The notes under the pieces are model-generated. The model did not search any database, was not told where the DNA came from, and saw only the letters and a program-made list of their open reading frames with translations. Shown here piece by piece: positions 41,940-53,937 of a stretch of 64,000 bases of DNA (positions are counted from its first letter, which is position 1; every line of letters begins with the position of its first letter). A program made the translations under genes and the position numbers. The DNA is from Octopus vulgaris. Lineage: Eukaryota. The DNA lies in contig OX597818.1 in NCBI GenBank assembly GCA_951406725.2, positions 139,562,001 to 139,626,000 on the forward strand. Direction: 5' to 3'.

Positions 41940-43245
41940 AATGACACTAATGATAACTCAGAGAGTCCACGCGACTGAGAAACGGTCTGTACATACACTA
42001 ATACAACTTGGGTATTTGCGGTGATATAATAACTTGTTACTGTTAATGATACTAATAACAGTTTAGTAATTAATCAACTACCATTAATAACAACTTGATC
42101 CATATAATAATTTAACACAATCACAGTGATGTTTGCTTCTATAGTCGAGGTGGTAAATTAACAGAATTTGTGTGATGATACTAGTGTCAGCTTATATATT
42201 AAGGTCAATAGATTAACCTATTCTATTCAGGTACTTATAACAACTTAGTCAACTTCCTAAATTTACTGATTGTTACTAATGTCTGTTTAGTCAGTGTAAC
42301 AGACTAAGTAACTACCACTATTGATTATGTAGACAATCGAAGTAATGGAATATCCAAGAATATGCGTTGACTCTAATGGTATTCGAATACTAAGTTAATA
42401 TACAATTATTAATTACTACTAAGATAGTCGAGATAAACGATTACCCAAATAAAAGTATTGATAAGCACTAATGGCACTTAAATAATAAGTTAATCTACTC
42501 ACACTAATTACTGCTTAGTTAAATGGATTACCCTAGTGGATGGAAGCACTACGAGGGTTCCGGTTGATCCGAATCAACGGAACAGCCTGCTCGTGAAATT
42601 AACATGTAAGTGGCTGAGCACTCCACAGACACGTGTACCCTTAACGTAGTTCTCGGGGATATTCAGCGTGACACAGAGAGTGACAAGGCCGGCCCTTTGA
42701 AATACAGGTACAACAGAAACAGGAAGTAAGAGTGAGAGAAAGTTGTGGTGAAAGAGTACAGCAGGGATCACCACCATCCCCTGCCGGAGCCTCGTGGCGC
42801 TTTAGGTGTTTTCGCTCAATAAACACTCACAACGACCGGTCTGGGAATCGAAACCGCGATCCTATGACCGCGAGTCCGCTGCCCTAACCACTGGGCCATT
42901 GCGCCTCCATTACCCTAGTACATATAACGACACAAATGCCAATTTTATCAAAATAACAGTGTAGCTGATTTTAAGTAATGGTTCTCACATAACTGGTTTA
43001 TCTATTACCACTAGTCACTGCTTAGATGGTCGAGGTAAGAAATTAACATTTTATAACCAAGGAAGTCGAAGCAATAGGATATACTGCGGATATCTACTGT
43101 TTAAATAATCGAGCTAAGAATATTAACACATAATCAATAATGACTGCATGCTTTTTCGAAGTAATGGAATAACAGGCGACGAGTTTTGGTACAAATGCTT
43201 GCTTAACTTACTGCTACAAATGACTATTAAGGGATTCGAGGTAGC
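41940..43245. repeat. Highly degenerate ~40-bp minisatellite-like array, interrupted by a SINE B
   Basis: Recurring ACTA(A/G)TNACTGCTTAG..TCGA(G/A)GTAA...ATTAAC-like motifs. Confidence 0.45.
42537..42909 (-). mobile_element. SINE family B
   Basis: TSD ATTACCCTAGT. Confidence 0.92.
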
Positions 43246-43638
43246 GAGGCTGAGGACGCTCGAACTTTATTCTCTTGAAAAACGCCGCCGCCGTGGTGAT
43301 CTCATTCTCGCCCACAACATCACAAGCGGAAAGTGTAACCTCTCGAAAGAGCTGTTCTTCACTCCTGCTCCAGAGCGTCGGCTGCGGGGTCATTCCGAAA
43401 AGCTCTACCTGCGACGATTTCATCTCAATCGAAGGAGAGGAGCTTTCTCCGTCCGGGTTGCGGATCCGTGGAACAAGCTGCCAGACGAGATGGTGAAGAT
43501 GCCGACGACCGCTTTGTTCAAAGCCTCCCTTGACCTCAAGTAGCCTGAACTCTTTACATGAACACCACCCTGTACTTAACTCCATGTCCCCCTACATGGC
43601 CTTGCTATTTGCTTTTGAGCCAAATTAACTAACTAACT
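43244..43638 (+). mobile_element. CR1/L2-group LINE 3' end (5'-truncated), (TAAC)n tail
   Basis: RLRTLELYSLEKRRRRGDLI...LRGHSEKL.....LNRRRGAFSVRVADPWNKLPDEMV.....FKASLD: the CR1-type ORF2 C-terminus, followed by a UTR and taactaactaact. Confidence 0.9.
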
Positions 43639-44144
43639 ATAGTATCACAGCTCATGATATTGTAGATCCAGCATGAGGTAATTTTTCTCCGCCCTCAGCT
43701 CGATTTTATTTAGATTATTTGTCTTTTTCATTTTTAAAATGTTTGCAAAATATATATCACTAGCATATATTCAGAGCTGGAGACCGCCTAGAGTCGTGAT
43801 TAACACCGCTTCTAATTAGACTAACCAATCCATATTAGAAGAATCTTTTGTTATCTCAGCAGTGAAATTGAAGCTTATCCATATATCAAAAGATGCGGCC
43901 TATTAAACCTTAAATTTCTCAGTACATAGCAAAACAAATGTAAAGTATTCTCTTTGCTTTCAAAATCAAATCTGGTGATATTAGAAAGATTTTGCAGCTG
44001 GAACTTTGCTAGCTTTATACAAAGTATCGGTTTCTAAAGAACTCTACGCCTTTATTTGGGCAATTTTTATTCTTGTACTCCACCCTAACTATTAGTACTT
44101 GATAATATACATACATATATACATTCCCAAAGATTTGATATAGT

Positions 44145-44221
<77 letters not shown>

Positions 44222-44233
44222 CATATATATATA

Positions 44234-44280
<47 letters not shown>

Positions 44281-44284
44281 CATG

Positions 44285-44379
<95 letters not shown>

Positions 44380-45049
44380 GGGATATCTGTGTATAGCATC
44401 ATGCTCTTAGTTTTCCGACACATCTCGGCACAGATACATTGTTAACATCTTGCTTTCTTTCCTTTACTGTTAATAAAGTTTTTTTCTAATTTTTATCACT
44501 TCTACTCATTTGTTTGGCTTCGGGTTAGTGAGATCTAACTTATGCTTCAATCTGGCCTGCCTGCAAAGCCAAACAAATGTAACACAGCTCTCTTGAATGG
44601 TCAATACGATAGATGAACAGACTACCAATATGGCAGGTGGTTAAGGTCGATAAAGTCTTATCTTGTCAACAGTGCTATGCAATAATCAAAGTTGAGGCTC
44701 TTACACCTCGACAGTTCAATTCACTCATTTTATCAAACTAAAATTTGTTATCAGAGAATGCAGAGTAATTCACCACTGTCACTAAGGTTGTCGCCATAAA
44801 ACTGAAAGAAATGTAGTCTATGTGGTCATTACATGTTCTAAAAATAGCAGCTACATTTCGTCTCGCACCATGCCTTATTATGTTAAAAAGGAAGAACATA
44901 TTGGATGATGTAGATCTTAAATAGAATATTTGAAAATATGATGGGATGGACATGGACGGAACACATTGATCATAGACCTCTTCGATGGGAGTTTATCTCG
45001 GTTAAAAAATACAGACACACACACATACAAATATATGCATATTTGCATC

Positions 45050-45265
<216 letters not shown>

Positions 45266-47102
45266 CAGTCTATTTGTCTGCCAGTCTGTCTTATTGCATA
45301 TGTATATAAATTCGTGGGTGGGACCTCATAAACAAAGACTAGCAGTAAAACACTTTGTATATATAAACATGAATTTGAGAAGTATATAAGAAACACTAAC
45401 GCATACCCAAACACGCATCTCGAGACACACACATACACACACACGCACACATGTACATACACACATATACTCATTTATATATATGCATATGCATGTATGT
45501 GTGTGTTTGTATTATACATTTATATATATATGCATATATATATATATGTATATATGTATATATGCAAACACACACACATACACACACACATATATATATC
45601 TACATGTAAAGCACAGCTCCAAATCCTCAATTTTATACCCTCATTCTGGTACTGTCTTTCCCCCGACTTTGCCTTTTTCCGCAACAAGCTTCGGTTCCTC
45701 TTCTCCTGTTCTTAAACCTTTACCAAGTTTTGGTCTTCGGTGTGACCAATCACCAGCAAAGTCACCACACCTTTCCAACGTACACCTCTAGAGACTAATT
45801 GTCTCTCTGAAAATTAACAGACACATTCATTGAAAGAGCAGTCGCAACATGAGCTAGACTGACTCCCAGAGAATAGTAAGTGAATAGTAAGCAAACGTAT
45901 CACAGTTGCACTCTATGGATTTTGCGTCGTCAACACATTGCGTTAGCAATCGAGACCTGGGGCACCTACACGAGATACATGCAGATGTACACATATACAC
46001 ACATTATGTGTGCTTGTGTTTATAAGTAAAAGGAAACTGATCAAAACAGAAAACAGAGTATGTATATTTCGTATAGCTATACAGCAAGAATAATATCTTC
46101 GCATTAAACCTCGAAGTGATTTAGCAATTCAAATAATGATAAAATTCTCATTGATCCTCTTGCAAAACCAAATCCATCTTTAAAATCCGCATGCATCAAA
46201 TTAATTTGCAACCGTTGCCTGTCCAAAGCATTTGCATAAGTTTGTTCTAAAGGCCCGTCTTTGTTTTCAGATTTAGCCCTTGTTTCATACAGTCAGAGTA
46301 ATATAAAGTTTTCTTGTCGCTAGATGCTCTAGTGTTTGAAAAAACAATGGTAGTGTGAATCATATATGATGTATGGACACCAGAGAAATACGACCTGTGC
46401 ATCGCATGTAATACACATGATAGGTAAATGGTTAAAACAGTAAGATACCCAATGAACTGTATTCTTATGAGGATATTATCGATAGGAAAAACTTGATGGT
46501 TATGGTGGGAATGTCATCTATACTAATAAGGTTCAATCAAGGCTGAACTGGTAAACGTATCAGAATTTTAAGGTAGTATTTCCAAACAGTATATAATAAT
46601 CTAAAGAATTTTGGTTTACGTTTGCTATGGGATTATATAAATGAGTTTATTTCGAGCTATTACTTTTTGGATCTTGCTGACGAAGATAACATATTTATGT
46701 GTATATGTCTGCCAGAGACAGTTAGTATCACTAATACAAACACACATACGCACGCATGCACACACAGATACTACACATACTCATGCATATATGACAGAGA
46801 GAGAGCTTGAAAAGCATACAGTTCACTCATGCAAGCATATAACACGAACATATAGTGTTGAACACATAGTACGACATACTACTCGTACTACATTATTAGA
46901 GATAAATACATCAATGTTAGCATATAAGCACAGACAGAAACACGATCTACAAACACACAAAAAGACACACATATCTATCTATCGGTCTATCTAGCCAGCC
47001 ATTTCACTCTCTCAATATATGGTGTGTGTGAAGGTGAGTGTGTATATATGTATGTAGTTATTTACATATGTATATACATATCTCTACGTACCTCCCTCCC
47101 TC

Positions 47103-47209
<107 letters not shown>

Positions 47210-47297
47210 ATCTAGCTATCTATTTATCTATCTATCTATTTATCTAGCTACCTATCTATGTATGTCTTTCTATCTGTCAATCACTAATTGATATTTG

Positions 47298-48005
47298 CTT
47301 TCAACGTGCCCTACAACTCAATATCTACGAACTCAGACACCCCAAATTAAAGAAGGATTTACAACCAAAAAGCCCTACCATACATCTCCATACACAACCC
47401 TCTTAACAATGAAGCCTTTGACACCATCCTCCAAAACATTCCCCTACTAAAAAGGGACCACAGAATGAATTTAATCGCACACCATCATAACGCACACCAT
47501 TGCACACCATCATAAAGAGCAAAAGACAGCCCAAATCTATGAAAAGCTTCCTAACACAAGCCCGAATACGCTCAACAGCATTGAAGCCATCAGTAAAAAA
47601 AATGTAGAAGACCTAACTGTATTATATGCATCAACCTAATTGAGGGATCAGAGTTCCGCCTTCAAACAGGGTCAACGTTTCACAGTGAAAAGCAACTTCA
47701 CATGTGCTTCGGAGACCCTGATATATGTATTAACCTGCTCTGGGTGACGAGAGCAATAGGCCAAATCATAAACGGTCTACATCAAAGGGTGGCTCTGCAC
47801 AGATCCCAGATCAAAATTCCGAAAAACAGAAAAATAGCATTCAGCGAACACACTGACATTTGCCCAATAACAAACAACCCAGCTTCAAAATTTTTCCCCT
47901 CTATCAATTCAGGGACGATACGACCCGTAGTCAGCGCATTAGTAAAGAGTCAGTCTTTACCACATAAAATAACCCTTTTGAATGCATCCACCACAAATGA
48001 CACTA
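47298..48005 (+). pseudogene. Penelope-like element (Neptune-type) RT linker + Cys-rich segment + GIY-YIG endonuclease, decayed
   Basis: LPYISIHNP...IIKSKRQPKSMKSFLTQAR...KCRRPNCIICINL...FTVKSNFTCASETLIYVLTCSG.../IGQ...LHQRVALHRSQI...FSEH..IC; frameshifts and stops. Confidence 0.85.
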
Positions 48006-48444
48006 TCACCAGGGTCTTAGAATAACACTCACGCAAATATTAAAAACGATATCTTCAAAACAGACACTTCACATGAATTTATTCAGAACAATTCCAATTA
48101 CTACTATTACAACCACAACGGGTCACTTTTAGGTCACTTGGCCATTTAAGAGGATTCCACTAACATCCTGCTATTGTCATACCACTCTCGCATTCTTCTT
48201 CTTCTTCTTCTTCTTCTTCTTCTTCTTCTTCTTCTTCTTCGCTTCCTTTCTCTACCACTACTGCTGCTTAAACAATCAAAGACAAGAAATCATATCAAAC
48301 TAGCTAGAACCCACACGAATAAAAAAAGAGAGACAGAGAGACAGAAAAAGGAAAATGTCCATTGCATTTGAAAACTATGGAAATATTAAAAAAAAACATT
48401 TAATTTAATTTTTCCACAATTTAATTGTTTTTCATGCTTTACTC

Positions 48445-48484
48445 TAAGTTGAAAAAGTGGCAAAGATTGAAACCGGTACTAAAA
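48445..48484 (+). ncRNA. Hammerhead-like fold with U3-A8 core downstream of the Penelope ORF
   Basis: AG [UUGAAAA] AGU-GGCAAAG-AUU [GAAA] CCGG UA^ CU; palindromic stem III ACCGGU; stem I only 2 bp. Confidence 0.4.
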
Positions 48485-48571
48485 TTTTCTTCATGATAAA
48501 ATTATTTTAGCATTTTCTACCTCGTTTTATTTTTCTTATACATACCAACTCGTGAATTCCTTTTCAACCTG

Positions 48572-48635
<64 letters not shown>

Positions 48636-49204
48636 GCACTCACACACCCACATATATTTATATACACATATATACATATATGTGAGTGTGTGTGTGAGGG
48701 AAAGATAGAATGTGAGACAGAGAATGAGAGTAAGAGAAAGAGAGAGAGAGAGAGGTGGGGTGGAAAGTGAAGTGGATAATATAAATTTGTGAGACCGAAC
48801 ATATTATTTTATGTGGCAGCTATTTCCTCCTTTATTTTTTCACTTATATTTTACTTCAAATAAGAGTTTGATAGAGAACATTAAATGAACAACAACGTTT
48901 AATGTGAATATTCAACTATGCTCGACTAGATAAAATTATAATGAGCGACTAAATACTAGATGTAAAATTATATCATTAGTATATTATTGTCGGGATATAT
49001 TTATATTTAGCACGACATCTTCATTTCTCTTTAGCCTCTGGAAAATTTCATTTATTTTATTTAATTCCTTTAATTTTATTCTATTTGTTTTTGTTTTTGT
49101 TTTTCAAATTTCTTTATTTAATTGATTTCATGACGAGGTAAGTTTAAATTGCTTCAAAACATATATATTCATGTCGGTGATATTTAGCTATTGATTTTGT
49201 TTTT

Positions 49205-49343
49205 CGACGATAATGATAATGATAATGGTTATGATGATTAACGATAATGGCTAGAATGGCAACGAGGATGATGGTTATGGCGACGACAACGACAACGACA
49301 ATAATGATTACGACGACGATGATAATGATGCTGCTGCTGCTGC

Positions 49344-49411
<68 letters not shown>

Positions 49412-49489
49412 GCAACAACGACGACGACGACGACAACAACATCAACAACAACAACAATAATAATAATAATAACAATAACAATAACAACA

Positions 49490-49574
<85 letters not shown>

Positions 49575-49584
49575 TAACAATAAC

Positions 49585-49633
<49 letters not shown>

Positions 49634-49640
49634 GTGATGA
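49205..49640. repeat. (AAT)n-rich compound trinucleotide tract
   Basis: Direct reading. Confidence 0.95.
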
Positions 49641-50627
49641 ATTAAACCAATCAATATAAATAACGTATGAGATTTTATATCGTGTCTCATCTCTCTAATT
49701 GCAACTTAATTGTTCTCATTAAAATTAATGCGAATGTCAGTGTATTTAAGTATTTTACATAGATGGAGGATGTAGTTTACGAATTTTACTTATGCAGAAA
49801 AATGCAGATGTAAAAGTTTATTAAGTTACTTTATTATAATTAGTTGTTTTAGATGTTATATTTATTTTATATTTTCAAATATAAGTGACTCGACTCTATG
49901 AGATGGGAACACTAAAATATATTTTAATTACAGAAGTGAAATTAGAAATGGATAATATGTTTAACCCTTGGCCAGCTGTTATTGAACAAACCGATTATCC
50001 ATGACGTTCTATCCATGATCATCACTCTGTCTTGTTGTATAACGGCGATTATATAAAATCATGTATATTTCGCAAGTGTTTTTCTTCTTATAAAATGGTA
50101 GGAGTAATAAATGAATATAAAATGGTAGGAGTAATATATGAATATAATATATAAATACAATTTATCTTTCATTTGTGTTAGTCATTGACTCTGGCCATAC
50201 TGGTGCACCGCTTTGAAGACATTAGTGAAACATATACACTCCAGTACTTATATTTTAAGTCTGGTACGTATTAAATGTGGTCATTTCGCCGAACCACTAC
50301 GTCACTGGGACCTAAACAAAACAATAGCAGTTGTCAAGATATGAGGAGAGGTTATCAAACACAAAGACACATGTACACTCACGCATGCACACATATAATA
50401 CAACCCTGAAAATTTAGAAAATTGTAGAATTTCCAATGCAGTACTGAAACTAAGCTTTTGATGCACGTCTGATGAAGTGCCGCTCAAATATTACGTAACT
50501 TTTCTTCGCATGGAACTCATGCGGGCAAGGGTGTTAAAAAAGAGTGCTACAGAAACAATTGTAAGTGGTCATTTAAGGCGTACTAAACTCTTTCTTTGTC
50601 TTCTTATTTGGATTTTACACAAAGTCA

Positions 50628-50990
50628 CACACATATATACATACATACATACATACATACATACATACATACATACATACATACATACATGCATGCATGC
50701 ATGCATGCATACATACATACATACATACATGCATGCATGCATGCATGCATACATACATACATACATACATACATACATACATACATACATACATGCATAC
50801 ATGCATACACACATACATACATACATGCATACATACATACGTGCATACATGCATACATACATACATGCATACATACATTCATGCATGCATGCATACATAC
50901 ATACATACATACATGCATACATACATACATACATGCATACATACATACATACATGCATACATACACACATACATACATACATGCATACAT
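50628..50990. repeat. (CATA)n/(CATG)n microsatellite
   Basis: Direct reading. Confidence 0.95.
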
Positions 50991-51316
50991 AAGGTGCAGA
51001 TGTAAATGTAGATTATGTCGTATTTCAGTGGAAAGCATCGCACATTAGCAGTTTTCCAAAAATGTCTCCAAGGTACTACCTTCTTATGCGCAAAAACAAT
51101 ACGCAAAGCAATTTGGAAGAAAGACTGTACTGGAATAACCATACAGAACCCCCACCCCTGTTATTGAATACGTATATAAATACCAGCAAAAGGTATACTG
51201 GTGAGACTTTCCTAATAAAACATCTGTCAAGTGTAAGCATTACACTTATTAAACTTATTGGGACACACAATAAAATTAAGTACCGTCATAGAGGTCAACT
51301 GTCCTGATGATGTGAG

Positions 51317-51690
51317 TACTACTACTACTACTATGGCAATCCCTCAAGGTCGAGGATGATGGTCTTCGCGCAAATTTATTGGTGAGTCCGCAGGTGACTG
51401 ATAAGACCAATTCTTGCTCGAAAAGATCGGTCACAGTGCGGACATCTAGTGCCGGAAGGGAGAGTCGCACGTGGTTGTTGTTGGCGCTCCTTCTGTCGCC
51501 GTCTTTTCTCCTCCAGCTCTGCAGACCTTTTCGACTCGAAATTCGCCGTTCCCTCATGGATGGTGGTTTTCCAGAGTGGTCTGTTTTTTGCCGTTTCCTC
51601 CCAATTGGTGAAGTCAATGTCACATTTTTTGAGGTTCGATTTCAGGGAGTCCTTGTAGCGTTTCTTCTGGCCTCCTTTTGTACGCAAGCT
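51317..51690 (-). mobile_element. RTE (BovB-like) LINE 3' end with C2H2-type finger and (TAG)n tail
   Basis: Open frame RTKGGQKKRYKDSLKSNLKKCDIDFTNWEETAKNRPLWK...CPHCDRSFRARIGLISHLRTHQ*, short UTR, (TAG)n tail. Confidence 0.9.
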
Positions 51691-51704
51691 CAAAGATGAT
51701 GTGA

Positions 51705-51830
51705 GTATCTCTATCAAAATCAAAGAGAAAGAAGATAATTATGGACAACTGCTTAGAAACCTTCAGCTTCTATATCCGGATTACAAATTTACATTCATAC
51801 TAATAATAATTGAAGCAAATGGTTTTGTAA
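51705..51830 (+). pseudogene. REL endonuclease fragment of a non-LTR element
   Basis: IKIKEKEDNYGQLLRNLQLLYPDYKFTFILIIIEANGFV (EK..Y..L...PIIIGA.G-like motif). Confidence 0.65.
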
Positions 51831-51955
51831 GTAAACTATTTATGCATTTTCTGAACATAATACAATCTAAAATCTATCACATACTCCCTAACTTCAGAAA
51901 AGTAGTGAGTTAGAACATCTCTATAAACGATGTAAGTCGTGACTATACTAAGAAA

Positions 51956-52555
51956 GGCGGCGAGCTGGCAGAAACGTTAGCACGCCGGGCGAAATGCTAA
52001 GCGGTATTTCGTCTGCCGTTACGTTCTGAGTTCAAATTCCGCCGAGGTCGACTTTGCCTTTCATCCTTTCGGGGTCGATAAATTAAGTACCAGTTACGCA
52101 CTGGGGTCGATGTAATCGACTTAATCCCTTTGTCTGTCCTTGTTTGTCCCCTCTGTATTTAGCCCCTTGTTGGTAGTAAAGAAATAGGTATTTCGTCTGT
52201 CTATATGTTCTGAGTTCAAATTCACCCGAGGTCGACTTTGCCTTTCATCCTTTCGGGGTCGATAAATCAAGTACCAGTTACGCACCTGGGGTCGATGTAA
52301 TCGACTTAATCCCTTTGTCTGTCCTTGTTTGTCCCCTCTGTATTTAGCCCCTTGTGGGTAGTAAAGAAATAGGTATTTCGTCTGTCTATATGTTCTGAGT
52401 TCAAATTCACCCGAGGTCGACTTTGCCTTTCATCCTTTCGGGGTCGATAAATTAAGTACCAGTTACGCACTGGGGTCGATGTAATCGACTTAATCCCTTT
52501 GTCTGTCCTTGTTTGTCCCCTCTGTGTTTAGCCCCTTGTGGGTAGTAAAGAAATA
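51956..52555 (+). mobile_element. SINE family A trimer (one head, three bodies)
   Basis: Junctions AAAGAAATA|GGTATTTCGTCTG at ~52186 and ~52372; outer TSD TATACTAAGAA. Confidence 0.92.
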
Positions 52556-52706
52556 TATACTAAGAAGTAATGTTTAATACTGTCCGACGTTACTACCGTT
52601 TTAACCCCAGGAAGTGCCTCCTCCATCTGGTTATCTAGGTGATCTGCACCGGGTGTATATTACAAACAAGGGAGCGATCCCCTACTGTCTTCTGGCAGAC
52701 GACGGG

Positions 52707-52750
52707 ATCACTAGACCGAACGGTTTCGTGCTATTTGTGCCTATCATCAG
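52707..52750 (-). ncRNA. Type I hammerhead core in the inverted arm (5' side of stem I lost)
   Basis: CUGAUGA U AGGCACAAAUAGCAC GAAA CCG-UU-CGG UC^ UAGUG. Confidence 0.55.
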
Positions 52751-52868
52751 AAAACCACGTGACAATCAGTCAGTTATCTTGCCACGGTTGTAACGTAAAA
52801 CAGCCATATTGATGTGGCGATAAACATTATTTCTCAGTGTAGTTACTACTTTTATCTCTTATAGAAAA

Positions 52869-53265
52869 CTAGCAGTATCGCCCGGCGTTGTTCGGGTTTG
52901 TAAGGGAAATAACTATATAAGCATTTTTAGAGAGTTATAGCCAAAAATAGCAAAAAATGCATTAAAAATGGAAAAAAAATGATGGTAATTTTTTTTTTTT
53001 AATCGTTGACTCATCATAGACATTTTTAGAGAGTTACTTTCCTTATATAATAGCGAAGAAAATGCATTAAAATGGAAAAAAATGATGGTTATTTTTTTTT
53101 AAATCGTAGACTCATCGTAGACGCGCGCTAATACCCAGAAGGGCTCGATATGAATCACGACTATAAGATACCCAGTTTTGGTTAAACTGCACCGCAAAAT
53201 GTGGGAGTAGTTAGGAATCTAAATCGTAGGAGACAGACACACAACTTTACTTTTATATATAAAGA
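52869..53265 (-). mobile_element. Non-autonomous Helitron
   Basis: Minus strand begins TC(TTTATATATAAA) and ends with the hairpin CCCGAACAACGCCGGG...CTAG; inserted between A and T with no TSD; internal ~110-bp duplication. Confidence 0.85.
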
Positions 53266-53379
53266 TTTCTAACTACCTACTTTCCTTGTTGCTAGATCAG
53301 TGACTGATTGTCGCATGGTTTTTTTTTTTCATATATTGCCAATTAAAGCGAGTTCTTGTTATGTTTAGCGACCGGGTGT

Positions 53380-53428
53380 TCACCACTGACGATGGGAACA
53401 AATAGCCCGAAACCGTTCGGTCTGGTGA
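53380..53428 (+). ncRNA. Canonical type I hammerhead ribozyme
   Basis: UCACCA [CUGACGA] U GGG-AACAAAUAG-CCC [GAAA] CCG-UU-CGG UC^ UGGUGA; predicted GUC cleavage after 53422. Confidence 0.82.
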
Positions 53429-53504
53429 TCCCGTCGTCTGCTAGAAAATGGTAGGGATTCGCTTCTCTGCTTGCAGCATACACCGGGTGCAGGTTGCATC
53501 GATA

Positions 53505-53549
53505 ACCACTGATGGTGGGTACACATAACCCGAAACCGTTCAGTTTGGT
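53505..53549 (+). ncRNA. Second tandem hammerhead copy, mutated (A9G, stem III mismatch, GUU site)
   Basis: ACCA CUGAUGG U GGGU-ACACAUA-ACCC GAAA CCG-UU-CAG UU UGGU. Confidence 0.6.
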
Positions 53550-53724
53550 GATCCCGTCGTCTGCTAGAAGATGGTAGGGGTTCGCTTCCTTGTTTGCAGC
53601 ATATACCGAGTGCAGGTTGCATCGATAACCAGTTGGATGAGGCTTTGTCTGGGGTTAAAAACGGTAGTAACGTCGAACAGCCCTATTGGTCCGACAATAA
53701 ACAGTACTTTGCTGTAAAACAATA

Positions 53725-53937
53725 AATATAATAACGGAGATGTACTTGCATAGCAAGTGACCTGATCTGAGATCGTGTGCTGAAACGAAAACAATTGCAG
53801 CGTGGAAGGTGTTTATAAGCCATTTAAGAAACACACAAAAACCGTTAGATTCACTTCAACATTTAAATTTAATTTGTTAAAATATTTTCGACGCTTTGAG
53901 ACTGCGACCTGTTCATTGACAAAATTCCGTGCTGCAT
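53725..53937 (-). mobile_element. Single arm of the same Penelope-type repeat that forms the 63732-64000 palindrome
   Basis: 53794-53937 is highly similar to 63732-63874; hammerhead-like core AUGAACA at 53910-53916 (-). Confidence 0.8.

Larger units (their letters stand above)
52581..53680. mobile_element. Hammerhead-bearing element: inverted repeat arm + 123-bp tandem dimer (Penelope pLTR / retrozyme-like)
   Basis: 52581-52790 is a diverged reverse complement of the 53290-53680 region; 53382-53631 is two 123-bp units. Confidence 0.75.

Noticed and set aside
43148-43543. 131-aa ORF as a host gene
   Set aside because: Fusion of upstream non-coding sequence with a 5'-truncated CR1-type ORF2 end.
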